DNA from: Marsupella aquatica
Lineage: Eukaryota; Plantae; Marchantiophyta
Length of the DNA stretch: 64,000 bases
Direction of reading: 5' to 3'
Assembly (NCBI GenBank): GCA_973895155.1
Contig: OZ316894.1
Coordinates: 18,576,805 to 18,640,804 of the forward strand
Of the stretch, positions 13,135-23,100 are shown one piece after another. The notes below the pieces were generated by a model. It made no database searches and was not told the DNA's origin. It saw only the letters and a program-made list of their open reading frames with translations. A program made the position numbers and the translations under genes. Each line of letters opens with the position of its first letter. Position 1 is the first letter of the stretch.

Positions 13135-14161
13135 TGGATGCAAACTGGATATACCTCTCCCGTAATGTTGGCCAATTGTACGGAGCCATTGGAGAACATC
13201 ATGGTTACTCTAAAGGGTCCTAACCAGCGAGTGTAAAGCTTCCCTGGAAACCTATTATACCTACTGTCATAAAGTAACACAAGATCACCGGTGTGAATAC
13301 TAACTACTTTCAACTTTTTATCATACTGCTGCTTCATGATATTCTGTCTATATTCTACTCTCTCGGCTGAAATCATTCTCGCCTCCTCTAAAGCTTCCAA
13401 CCTATATTCTCGCTCCCTTAGGCTCTCCTCCGCTGAGGCTCTCTCCTCAATTGTAACTTGAAATGTCGGTATCTCAGTTGCATGGGTACCAGGGCTTCTT
13501 GTCCAAAGGTTAAGAAGAAGGGTGTATGACCGGTAGTGGATTTATAGGCTAGATTGTAAGCAAAAACAACAGCAAACAATTTATCATCCCAATCGAGTTT
13601 GTTCTGAGCTACTGTCTTGTTCAATATCTTTCCTATAATTCCGTTTGCTCGTTCTGTCAACCCATTTGCCTTTGGATGGTAGGGAGTAGTAGGCCTATGT
13701 CTAACTAAATACTGCTCATTTAAACGACTAATTATATCATTCAGAAAATGGGTTCCTCTATCACTAACTAATTCTAGGGGTGCTCCATACCTGGTGAAGA
13801 TCTGCTCATACATGAATCTAGCCGTAGTAATTGCATCATCCTTCGTGGTCGGTCTGGCCTCTACCCATTTAGTTGCATAATCCGTAGCCAGGATTATGTA
13901 CTTATTCCGTCTAGGGTGGGTCAGTGGTTTCAGAGGTCCGATGTAATCAATACCCCACTTCTCGAATGGTGCCAGAGGTAGAATAGGGTGTAGTGGATGT
14001 CTGGTGGACGCCCTTGGTCCTCCCGCTCGCTGACAAGGATCGCATTGTTTGATAAATTGATAGACATCCTTGTGCAAGGTGGGCCACCAGTAACCGGCAT
14101 TTAATATCTTTTTAGACGTGGTTACCGGGGCAAAATGTCCTCCGGCCTCCTCTCCATGCAT
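13135..14161 (-). pseudogene. Integrase (HHCC, DDE core, GPY/F), frameshifted near 13420-13480 and truncated
   Basis: 'HGEEAGGHF...CDPCQ', 'WGIDYIGP', 'SDRGTHF', 'NGLTERAN', 'RWLGPFRV'. Confidence 0.92.
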
Positions 14162-14173
14162 GGCCCGTAGGAC

Positions 14174-16285
14174 TCATTTTACCTCTCCCTTTTCCAAACA
14201 CCTTTGTATCGTGCCATTGATTCCATGCTTGTGCAATATGCCTTTAATGCACTGATACTGTTTGACCTTCCGCACAAAGACTGCGGCTTGCTCTCGGCTT
14301 AATCCTGGCTGTAATCTGGAAGTGCTAAGAAAATGTAAAATCTCAGGGTACCATGTATCAGCTATTTCCACAACGAATAGCTCCTCGTCGGGGAATCGAT
14401 CATCGATGCAATCCGTGGCAGGTTCACCTGTGATCCTTGAAAAGAAGTCGGCATTGGCGTGTAACTTTCCCGGCTTGATCCTCAGCTCATAGTCAAACTC
14501 CTGTAATAGCAAAATCCATCGTGCTACTCTGCCTGTAAGGTCCGGCTTATTGACTAGGTACTTCAAACTTTCATGATCGGTATGAAAGATTACCTTGTAC
14601 CCTAGTAAATAATGCCTAAACTTTTTACAGGAATAAATGACTCCTAATGCTTCTCTCTCTGTGGTGGAGTAGTTCCGTTTGGCATCGGCAAGCTGACGGC
14701 TTGCGAAGTATATGGGATGGTCCCTTCCTTTCTCATCCAACTGACTTAGTACTGAGCCGATACAGAAGCCCGAGACATCGACAAAAACATGAAAATCTTT
14801 GTTCCAGTCCGGTGCTATCATGACTGGGGCCTCTACTAACATCTGCTTCAATTCTACCACTGCTGTGACTCGTTCGGGGGTGGGTCCGAAGTCTGCTCCT
14901 GCCTTGAGCATGTTGGTTAATGGTAAAGCTAGCTTGGCAAAATCCTTGATGAACCGGCGATAGTAACCAATGCATCATAAGAAGGATCTTACATCCTTTA
15001 TGTTCTTAGGTTGCATGATATCTAGCCATACTGCTAGCTTACCTTTGTCAATCTCAATGCCCTTCCTTGATACCTTGTGGCCTAGTAGCACCCCCTCGGT
15101 TACTGCAAAGAAACATTTATCTGGGTGTAACTTGAGACCCACCTCTCTACATCTCATGAAGGTTTTCCTGAGGTATTTAGCATGTTTCGATGCCTTCCCG
15201 AATACTGCAAAGTCATCAATGAAGATTTCCATGAACTTTCTCAAGTAATCATGAAAAATGTTCACCATTAATCGTTGAAACATAGCTGGTGCGTTGCAGA
15301 GTCCAAACGGCATACGATTGAAGACATAGATCCCCCATTCCGTGATGAAGGCCGTCTTGATTTGGTCTTCCTGCCGAATCCTGATTTGGTTATAACCAGA
15401 GTACCCATCCATGAATGAATATAGTTCATGACTGGCTACCATGTCTAGTACCATATCAGTAAACGGTAAAGGAAAATGGTCTTTTAATGTTGCTTCATTC
15501 AGCTTCCTGTAATCCTGACAAACCCGGATCTTGGGTTTACCATCGGGTCCAGCTTTCTTGGGAACTATCACAATTGGAGACACCCAGTCTAAATGCAGGA
15601 CTGGAGTGATGAATCCAGCTTCCACTAGTTTGTCGATTTCTGTTTTGACCAGCAGGGAATACTTCGGGTTCATCCTTCGAATTGGTTGTCGAAATGATTT
15701 GGCTCCTAACATGAGATCAATTCGATGTTCCCCTAGTGTTGGATCTACTCCCTTTAGATCTTGGTGACTCCATGCAAACACATCCTGAAATTCAATCAAT
15801 AAGTCACTGATCTCTTTCTCGAGCTCAGGTGCTAGGTTTCTCCCTAAGTTCAGTTCTCTTCCCTCTCCTAAGTCGAGCTTCCGATATTGCCGTGCTTGGA
15901 TCATATTAATCTGCTTCTTCAAATTCGGGTCCAGCTCGGCTTCCAATCTCTCCAGTCTCATACCTCCATAAACTGGAATCTCGGCTGGACTAGCCAAGTT
16001 GGTCCCTTCCTTGGTGTCCATAGATTGTCCCCTTGCCGGTCTATCCGGTTTTGAATTGGTGGTCGGCTCTCCTTCCTGCCTCGGCTCTGGATTGTGTTTG
16101 TGCATCTCATCCACCTCTTGCTCCTGAGAGTCAGGCCGTTGTGCTCTCCCGGCTTCTAATAGGGCCTCAATTTGTTCTGCCCTCGTAATTGGCTTGTATA
16201 CCGATCCCTTGGTATTTAATTCCTTGCCGATGATCGATGGCGTTGTGAACCCTGCCGGCTCTACCACAACGCCTGCAGAAAATCC
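14174..16285 (-). pseudogene. Reverse transcriptase + RNase H (in-frame stops at 14975-14977 and 14174-14176)
   Basis: 'FMDGYSGYNQI', 'MPFGLCNAPAMFQR', 'FIDD'; RH 'VDVSGFCIG...NYSTTEREAL...HTDH'. The frame continues across both stops. Confidence 0.93.
16239..16285 (-). promoter_or_regulatory. Candidate programmed -1 ribosomal frameshift signal
   Basis: Minus strand reads G GAT TTT (16285-16279, in gag frame), 5-nt spacer, then GGCGTTGTG-N17-CACAACGCC, a perfect 9-bp stem. The RT frame is -1 and open. Confidence 0.7.
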
Positions 16286-19209
16286 ACTGTCCCTACTACT
16301 GCTCCCCACTTAGCCATTTCATCCAATTGGTCTACATCCTTTACTTCCTCCGGAATTGCAGCTAAAAAGGTGGATTCTATTGTAAAGCAGTCCTCGATCT
16401 CTTCGTCTTCTTCTTCCAAATCACCTTCCATTGGTTCTTGCCATAATCCGTTGGGGGGTACCTCTGGTCCAAAGACACTTTCTTCGGTTAGGTCAGTGAG
16501 GCATTCTAGCCAACGTACTTCATCGGCTGACTCCAGTCCACTGTCGTACCCATCTGCTTCCCTTATGCTTTTCCTACGGTCATCCTTAGTGTCCCAGGAT
16601 ACCGTGATAGAGGGGGTCCCAAAAGTGAACTGCTTTTTACCCCAATCTTCTATTACCTTGGCTAGGTACAGCCATGGCCTACCAATCAATAGCCGGAATG
16701 ACGTAGGATTTACCGGCTTCATTACTACATAGTTAATGCTAAAGAAGATTCCTCCTATCTCTGTCTTGATGCCGGTTAACACTCCCGTGGGAATGACCTG
16801 ATACCCATTGGCCATGTTCAACACTCTTCCAGTCATCTCTGGTTTTAGACCCCACCCATTTGCTGTTGAATCAATCATAATACATACCCCTGATCCTCCA
16901 TCGATGGGTACCCGTAGTAATAATTCTCCTTGAATCATTAATGGTAATGCTGGGGCTCCTTGATCGTCTTCTATCATTAGTACGTCGGATCTGGTCGCTA
17001 CCTTGGGTAATCTTGGCTTGCCGAGAATAGCCTTCCTTAATTGCTTCCGGAAGTACGGGCTATTTTTCAATAGTTGACCAACTGTTGCCGAGACTCTAGA
17101 TTCTAGTACATCTTTAGCCAGGTCATAGGGAATAATCGGCTTCTCCTCTGGTGGTGTCTCCGTCTTGGATTCGACCAGTTTTGCCACGCTAGTCTCCACA
17201 GCTGTTGGGTCCTCCAAAGCAAACAATGCTTTTGCTCGTTTCACAGCCTTGGCAATGGCTTCGGTATTCTCCAGGGTTTCTAATTCTCTCAGTTGTTCCT
17301 TAACACTAGCCGTAACAGAGGGGTAGAACAACTTAGGATGATCTCGATTGAAGTCGCTATCTTGTGAAGGATTGGGTTCACTGGTGGGCTCATGGCTTAC
17401 CTGTATTGCCGGAGCCCTCCCTTCTCCTTCCGTTGATGTTGACGAAGAGTTGATCTTTTCCTCTGTAACCTTCCCTTTATTTTTGGCCAGCCCATCCCAC
17501 CTTTCCTTCCTTCTGGTAGATCGAGTAGAGACCCGGTAGCAATCATGATCTAAATCCTCTTCTGAGAAGGTTGATAGGGCTTCGGCCTCATCATCAGATG
17601 GTACGAACTCTGCCTCGGCATCCTCTTGCCATCCTAGTTCGATGTGATTGATTTGAACTCCTCCGGGGGTAGTACCTGGCGGTAAGACCTTGACCGGCAA
17701 AAGTTTATGATTTGCGGCCAGGCCTGCCAACCAAGTAGGACATTGGCCTAGTATATGACCTTCCTGTCGGCATCCCATACATAGCTGAGTTGGTTGTCCA
17801 TCACCCTGTTTGCGTGCATTCGGGCATTCTCTAGCAAAATGGCCAGGTTGACCACAATTATAGCATGCCGCAAATCTTTGTACATTCGGCCTAGGAGGTA
17901 CTGACGGGTTCTGAATAATCCGAGGATACATCTCTCCTGGATTGTTCCTTAACCCTGACCACAGGGATGCAGGTCTGTTGGATAGGTTTCGTGCTCCAGT
18001 CTCACTGATGCCGAAAACACTATCAGCGGCATCCCCTAAAAAGTACTCTACTTCTCCCTGACACGGTCTGATCTCGGCCACATGCCGAACATGATTAGTA
18101 TTAAGTTTAGGACACGCATCTTTATGGTGTCCGGTTTTATAACATAAGGCACACCATACAGAGCTATCCTCCTGTACTGCCTTCTTCTTCGGCTTTACCT
18201 CTGCAATTATAGCCTTAAGTTGCTCGGTAAGGGCTACGATGTTATCTGGTGGCTTAGCCTCCAGCTTGACTTTCGTCTTTCCTCTCCTTCTGCCCTTCCG
18301 TTTCCTAGTTTTTTCTTCTTCAGAACTAGAAGATGACTCACTCTTGCTACTTCCACTATCCGAGCTTGAGTTATCACTTCTTGACTTCTTAGAATGTTTC
18401 TTCTTCTTATCTTTTTTCTTATGGGGTGATCCCTCCTCCGATGAGGAACTCTCAGACTTAAGTTGTTTCTTCCGGCTTGTGATATCTGCATTAATATATA
18501 ATTGAATATCCTTAATTGCATCGGCTAAAGTCTCCGAGTTCTCCTTCCTAATTGCAAAACTCATCTTCTGTGGCAAAGCATTCACCAACCATTGAAGTTG
18601 CATACCTTCAGATGCATTGGTCTTTGTACGTCTTACGAGTTTCTGAAAGCGTTGCAAGAACTTCCTGAAGGATTTGTTTTCCTTGAACCGAAATCGTCCC
18701 AACTTCAGCACTGCTAGTTCTGAAGTTCCAATGGGTCGAAACTCCTTAACAAAGAGTGTTTTGAAAATATCCCGGATGGCTTGATCTTCCACATCTAATG
18801 CTCTGTACCAAGGCCTAGCCTCACCCTTGAACAGGCCGGGAAGAATCTGCATCTTGATGGCCGATTCTCCATTTGCTGCAGCGGTTCCCTCGAAATCATC
18901 CAACCATTCGTCTAGATCCTCATCTCCTCTCCCATGAAATGCCTTGTAATGTATGCGCAACTGTTGGCTCAGTCTGGTCCCTGGCCTCTCGTCTGGCCGT
19001 GCCTCTGGTTCCCCCATGTCGGTTGGAGACTCACTTCTCCTTACCGACTCTTCTTCTGGTATGTCTTCTTCGACGCCACTTCCAGCTTCGGAGCTACCAG
19101 CTCTTTCTGCCCCTCTCAGTCGCTGTGTATCATGCCACTCGGCGAGCTGCTGCAGTCGAGCTCTCTCCCGTTGAATCACTCTTTCTTCCCTCGGCGTAAG
19201 GTCAGTCAT
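16261..19209 (-). CDS. Gag-protease polyprotein (982 aa, three CCHC zinc knuckles, aspartic protease)
   Basis: CALCYKTGHHKDAC, CYNCGQPGHFAREC, CMGCRQEGHILGQC; protease 'IDGGSG...LLIGRPWL'. Uninterrupted ORF. Confidence 0.92.
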   Translation of the reverse strand: MTDLTPREERVIQRERARLQQLAEWHDTQRLRGAERAGSSEAGSGVEEDIPEEESVRRSESPTDMGEPEARPDERPGTRLSQQLRIHYKAFHGRGDEDLDEWLDDFEGTAAANGESAIKMQILPGLFKGEARPWYRALDVEDQAIRDIFKTLFVKEFRPIGTSELAVLKLGRFRFKENKSFRKFLQRFQKLVRRTKTNASEGMQLQWLVNALPQKMSFAIRKENSETLADAIKDIQLYINADITSRKKQLKSESSSSEEGSPHKKKDKKKKHSKKSRSDNSSSDSGSSKSESSSSSEEEKTRKRKGRRRGKTKVKLEAKPPDNIVALTEQLKAIIAEVKPKKKAVQEDSSVWCALCYKTGHHKDACPKLNTNHVRHVAEIRPCQGEVEYFLGDAADSVFGISETGARNLSNRPASLWSGLRNNPGEMYPRIIQNPSVPPRPNVQRFAACYNCGQPGHFARECPNARKQGDGQPTQLCMGCRQEGHILGQCPTWLAGLAANHKLLPVKVLPPGTTPGGVQINHIELGWQEDAEAEFVPSDDEAEALSTFSEEDLDHDCYRVSTRSTRRKERWDGLAKNKGKVTEEKINSSSTSTEGEGRAPAIQVSHEPTSEPNPSQDSDFNRDHPKLFYPSVTASVKEQLRELETLENTEAIAKAVKRAKALFALEDPTAVETSVAKLVESKTETPPEEKPIIPYDLAKDVLESRVSATVGQLLKNSPYFRKQLRKAILGKPRLPKVATRSDVLMIEDDQGAPALPLMIQGELLLRVPIDGGSGVCIMIDSTANGWGLKPEMTGRVLNMANGYQVIPTGVLTGIKTEIGGIFFSINYVVMKPVNPTSFRLLIGRPWLYLAKVIEDWGKKQFTFGTPSITVSWDTKDDRRKSIREADGYDSGLESADEVRWLECLTDLTEESVFGPEVPPNGLWQEPMEGDLEEEDEEIEDCFTIESTFLAAIPEEVKDVDQLDEMAKWGAVVGTVDFLQALW

Positions 19210-19260
19210 TACCTACGCTTCCTTTCTAACTTCATATCTCACGGCTTAAGAAATGCCCCC

Positions 19261-19274
19261 TCCATCTAGCGCCA
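19261..19274 (-). promoter_or_regulatory. Primer-binding site candidate TGGCGCTAGATGGA
   Basis: TGG-initiated tract 4 nt downstream of the LTR 3'-CA and ~50 nt upstream of the gag ATG. Cognate tRNA not identified. Confidence 0.75.
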
Positions 19275-19278
19275 AAAA

Positions 19279-22200
19279 TGTGGTGCGTCCCATGGCTCCC
19301 TAAACCCAAGAAACCCCCCAGCTCAAGCCGATTCCCGCAGGTTTCGCGCTTGGCGAGGCCGTTTCCACGGCTTAGCGGCATGGGACGCTGCTAACCTTCT
19401 ACTACTACTATTAACATTTTACACACATATACTGGACAGATCCTTCATCGGGTCATGAGATACGTAGCCGGCCTAATCTAGGCCTTCCCTCGTCTTCCCC
19501 TCCATCTTGGTAGGTATGTTTGGATTCCGCCACCGGAATGATCTCCAATAGGCTTGGTTAAGCCGCTAAGACCTCTCTCAGCTCCACACATCCAACTCTC
19601 ACTCCCCTGCTTACTTTCCTTCCTTCTAGTTGATGTGGGCACTCTTCACACAAGTTAATGCGACACACAAATAGCAAAATGACTCATTCTGACTGAGTCA
19701 TACCATGCACTTGCCATACAAACAGTACATCTCATACACAAGCTCTGCGAACTAAGCCGTGAGGCCAACTCTATTTAGCTCTTAGGCATGAGGAAACATG
19801 AATATACACAAGGGTCACTGTATGACTAACCGAGAGCTTCTCTTACTACTTGATCCCAGCCCGGCTGGTGCAAACTAAAAACTTGCTAAAGAAGAGGCCC
19901 TGAGCTCCCCGCTGCCCAGGTACTTATCCTGGTAGTGGATCCGCCTAATTCTTTGCAGCGTAAGCCTAATCTACCTAACAGTAATCTACTTGCCCAGATC
20001 TACCTATGTACAGCAAGGCAGGAGCACAAGTGTTGCTCCTACCAGTGGAACCGCAATCCCACTAAGCTATGTGTCAGGGCCGCTCCTGGTCCTGATCCTA
20101 ATCCTAATCCTAAACTTGGAGATCAGCGCCCGCCCTGCCCACTCACGCCTCCTCCCTCCATGTCCGCCCTTCCTAAAAGGAACGGCGCCCTTGCACCGTC
20201 ACGACACCGGTGGTGGATCCTCAATGGACGCCCCCAATGCTTCCTCCTCAGCCACTGCCGTAGGTTCGTTTTCTGACAGATTACCTGCCCTTGACTGAGT
20301 CAACTCTCCATCGGCCTGACTGGGTCCACCATCGGCGTCGGCATCGGCTCGGGAATCATTATCGGCTACGGTTTCCCCGGCTTGCTCAAGAGGCGGATCT
20401 GGGATACCGGCCTCATGATTGAGTAGTTCGGCTTGGGCCGCACCCTCCCCACCCTTGGTGATAGCGGGATCTATTGCCGTGTTCCTGCCGGAGGTTGGTG
20501 CTGGGTCTACCTCCTTGGTCACCACGGCCAGTGGAGTTGTATTACTCCTTGACCCTGAAGGTTTCTGCTTCTTCTTCTTTTCTGGTTCGGCAGCTGGTCC
20601 CTTCCCCTTCCCACTTACTTCCGGCACTGGTGCAGGTGGCGCGGCTTTTTCTTCGGCCAGTACCACTCCTGGTAACTTGGTTGCCCCAATTGGAGTTGGG
20701 CCTGATGAAGACAAGCACTTAAATATTGCGGCTTGTTTCTTCAGCCGCTCTGTTTGGTTGTCGGCCCGCCGCTGGAGGTTCTCCATCTTCCTCATGATTT
20801 CCTCCAAGTCCTCCTGGGTCTCATCCAGGTCCTTGCGCGCCTCCTCTAGTTCCTTCTGGGCTTCCTCCCATTCTTTCTTCAAGGTAGCCCTCTCCTCCCG
20901 GGTTGCTCTTAGCTCCTTGTCAAGCTCTGCAATGATGACAGACTCCATCTGATTCATCTTGGCGTAAGTCTGATCGAGCATCTCGTCCTTCTCCCTTAGG
21001 TCGGCCTTGAAGCTGGCCGTCAGGGACGCAAGCTCCTGTTGCAGCGCCATAATCCCTTGATAGGATTTTCCTAACTCGGCCTCCTTCTGCTCAAGGGCTC
21101 CACGGATTTTCTCGAGCTCCCCCTTCAACGCCCATTCCTTTCTTTGGGTTTCTGCCATGGCCCGGCTGTTGGCGGTTATGTGGGCCTCCTCTGCATTCCT
21201 CAGCTCTCGCTTCCACTTCTCCCTCTCTTTGATTGTATCGGCCAACTCTCCCTGCGTCTGAGTCAGTTTATCCTTGATATTCTGATTATCAGCCTGCGCG
21301 GTGTCCAACTGCCCCTGCATGATGTTCAGCTCATGCCGTTTAATCCGCAGTTCATCTTGGGCTTTCTTGGCCGCCTTTAGATCTTCAATCTCAGCTTCCA
21401 TCCTCCTAAGCCGCCGAATGACCTCGTCCTTCTTGCTTCTCTCTAAAGCCACCGCTTCTTCTAATTGGTGCTTCTCCAACTGCTCCCTATGGAAAAAGGG
21501 TCCTACCTCCAACTCCTCTCCAAAGATGCCGAGCGCAAGTTCCCCACACATCTCACCATACTCCATGGCTCTATTCTTAGCGTAGGTGGAGTAAGTAGAA
21601 GTGATCGGCATCGCCCATCGCGGCCTCTGCTCCCAAGCCGTCTTGCGGATCTCTTCAATCGTGGCTAGAGGTTTGCTTCCTTTTTCGGCTAGCCGCCTGA
21701 TGTCCTCCGGCCAATCTCCTCCTGGCAAATCCTTTTCTCTAGCCAGGGCTGCCTCCTCTTCCTGCCTGATTCGCTCCTGAAATTCCTGCGCCGTCTGTTT
21801 TATGCCGTCAAAGCTCGGGGGAGCAACATCTGGTGGGGGAGACTCAGGGCTACTCTGCTGGTTGGGGTCCCCTCGTACTACCCTTGGAAGTGTGGGGACA
21901 AACCGGCCACAGGTCCTTACTCCTGGAACGTGATGGTCCGACCCATAGCCGGAGTTATCATGGCTGAAGTCCTCCACTGCCTCCTCTACTTCTTGGACGT
22001 CCGGCTTCTCCCTCTCCTCTTCGTCGGTAGGAGCTTCAGGCAATTCAGCCTCAGATTCAGAGCTTGAGACTCCCACATACATTCGAACTCCTGGCTTCGA
22101 TTCCGGCCTGATTCTCTCCTAAGCAGCTGACAGTAGTTGGCCTCCCGTAGTCGTCTGCCTAGTTCGTGCTCGCAAATGAGCCACCATCTCCTGCAAGCGC

Positions 22201-22445
22201 TCCTTACCCCTCTCCTCTTCCGGTCCTTCCTCCCGTTGATCCTTCCTAGCCGCCGACGCTTAGCGCGCCCTAACCCTAATCAAGTTTGCACCCCCAGCGT
22301 CCTTACCTCCGGCCTCGGCCTGGGTTCCATAGTCGCCCCTAATTGTTTATATTTTCCTTGTTTTGTCCCTATACTAAGGTGTTTCCAAGGTGTATTCCTG
22401 CTTTACCCACTTCACTGGCCGAGTGATTCCTGGCTAGGCATCACA
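19279..22445 (-). repeat. Putative full-length 5' LTR (~3167 bp)
   Basis: 3' end fixed by the PBS and the 450-bp repeat. 5' end inferred from TGTGATGC (7/8 inverted match to the other end) and from the host ORF resuming at 22446. TATAAA at 22351-22346. Confidence 0.65.
20199..22082 (-). CDS. 627-aa coiled-coil protein of unknown function inside the putative LTR
   Basis: Intact ATG-started ORF: acidic N-terminus, long E/K/L/A-rich heptad region, low-complexity tail with KGKGPA. Same strand as gag. Confidence 0.8.
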   Translation of the reverse strand: MYVGVSSSESEAELPEAPTDEEEREKPDVQEVEEAVEDFSHDNSGYGSDHHVPGVRTCGRFVPTLPRVVRGDPNQQSSPESPPPDVAPPSFDGIKQTAQEFQERIRQEEEAALAREKDLPGGDWPEDIRRLAEKGSKPLATIEEIRKTAWEQRPRWAMPITSTYSTYAKNRAMEYGEMCGELALGIFGEELEVGPFFHREQLEKHQLEEAVALERSKKDEVIRRLRRMEAEIEDLKAAKKAQDELRIKRHELNIMQGQLDTAQADNQNIKDKLTQTQGELADTIKEREKWKRELRNAEEAHITANSRAMAETQRKEWALKGELEKIRGALEQKEAELGKSYQGIMALQQELASLTASFKADLREKDEMLDQTYAKMNQMESVIIAELDKELRATREERATLKKEWEEAQKELEEARKDLDETQEDLEEIMRKMENLQRRADNQTERLKKQAAIFKCLSSSGPTPIGATKLPGVVLAEEKAAPPAPVPEVSGKGKGPAAEPEKKKKQKPSGSRSNTTPLAVVTKEVDPAPTSGRNTAIDPAITKGGEGAAQAELLNHEAGIPDPPLEQAGETVADNDSRADADADGGPSQADGELTQSRAGNLSENEPTAVAEEEALGASIEDPPPVS

Positions 22446-23100
22446 GGAAGTTGGAGTGTTGAGAGAAGCATTGGCCAAAGAGAAGCGGAACACGGGAGAA
22501 GTGGAAAGGTTAAGAGGCCAGATTACAGAACTACGGAGTCAGGTGGGGATCTTTGAGACTAGGGCCAAAAGGAGTGAGGCCTTGAGTCTGGGGAAGCGGA
22601 AGAGTCCCTGCCCACCTAGCTCCACGCTTTCCCCTGACCTGTTCTCCAAGGCCATTGAGATGGTGGTGAAGGAAGTAAGTGAGAAGTACGGTCCCCTGCT
22701 GGAAGCTGCCAAGAAGAATCAGGAGAAGAATAAGAGCTTGGAGAAAAAGCTCAAGGAGGTACGTAAGTCGTTACGGGAGGCCCAGGTCAATACGGGAACC
22801 CTGAGGATGCCGCCCAGATCTGTGACACCAGGGATTTCCATGGCCACCGGGCAGGTTTTACCATTGGAGTTGCAATCTGGAGAGGAGGCTGCCTTGTGGA
22901 AGGATACCATCGGTGAGGGCTATGTTAGGGCTTGGCAAGCCTTGGCGGCGTTGAGGAAGCAAGGGAGCACTAGCGGGAGGAATACACTTGTGAAGAAGAA
23001 GAGAAGCGGAGTAGTCTCCACTCCGATTGAGAGCAACGAAGAGACCAACTCACGGGGCTCAAGCCATGGCACCGTGAGTGAGGAGGAGGAGGAGGACTAG
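22446..23100 (+). CDS. C-terminal coiled-coil/acidic part of the same accessory ORF
   Basis: Resumes immediately after the Gypsy end. CC|G GAA GTT joins in frame to give AAEP-EVGVLREALAKE; ends EEEEED*. Confidence 0.55.

Larger units (their letters stand above)
12685..22445 (-). mobile_element. Ty3/Gypsy LTR retrotransposon, non-chromovirus (Athila/Phygy-like RT), internally deleted at the 3' end
   Basis: Domain order gag-PR-RT-RH-INT. RT 'VCQDYRKLNEATLKDHFPLPF'. Termini TGTGATGC...GCACCACA on the minus strand. 450-bp LTR segment shared by both ends. Confidence 0.9.
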
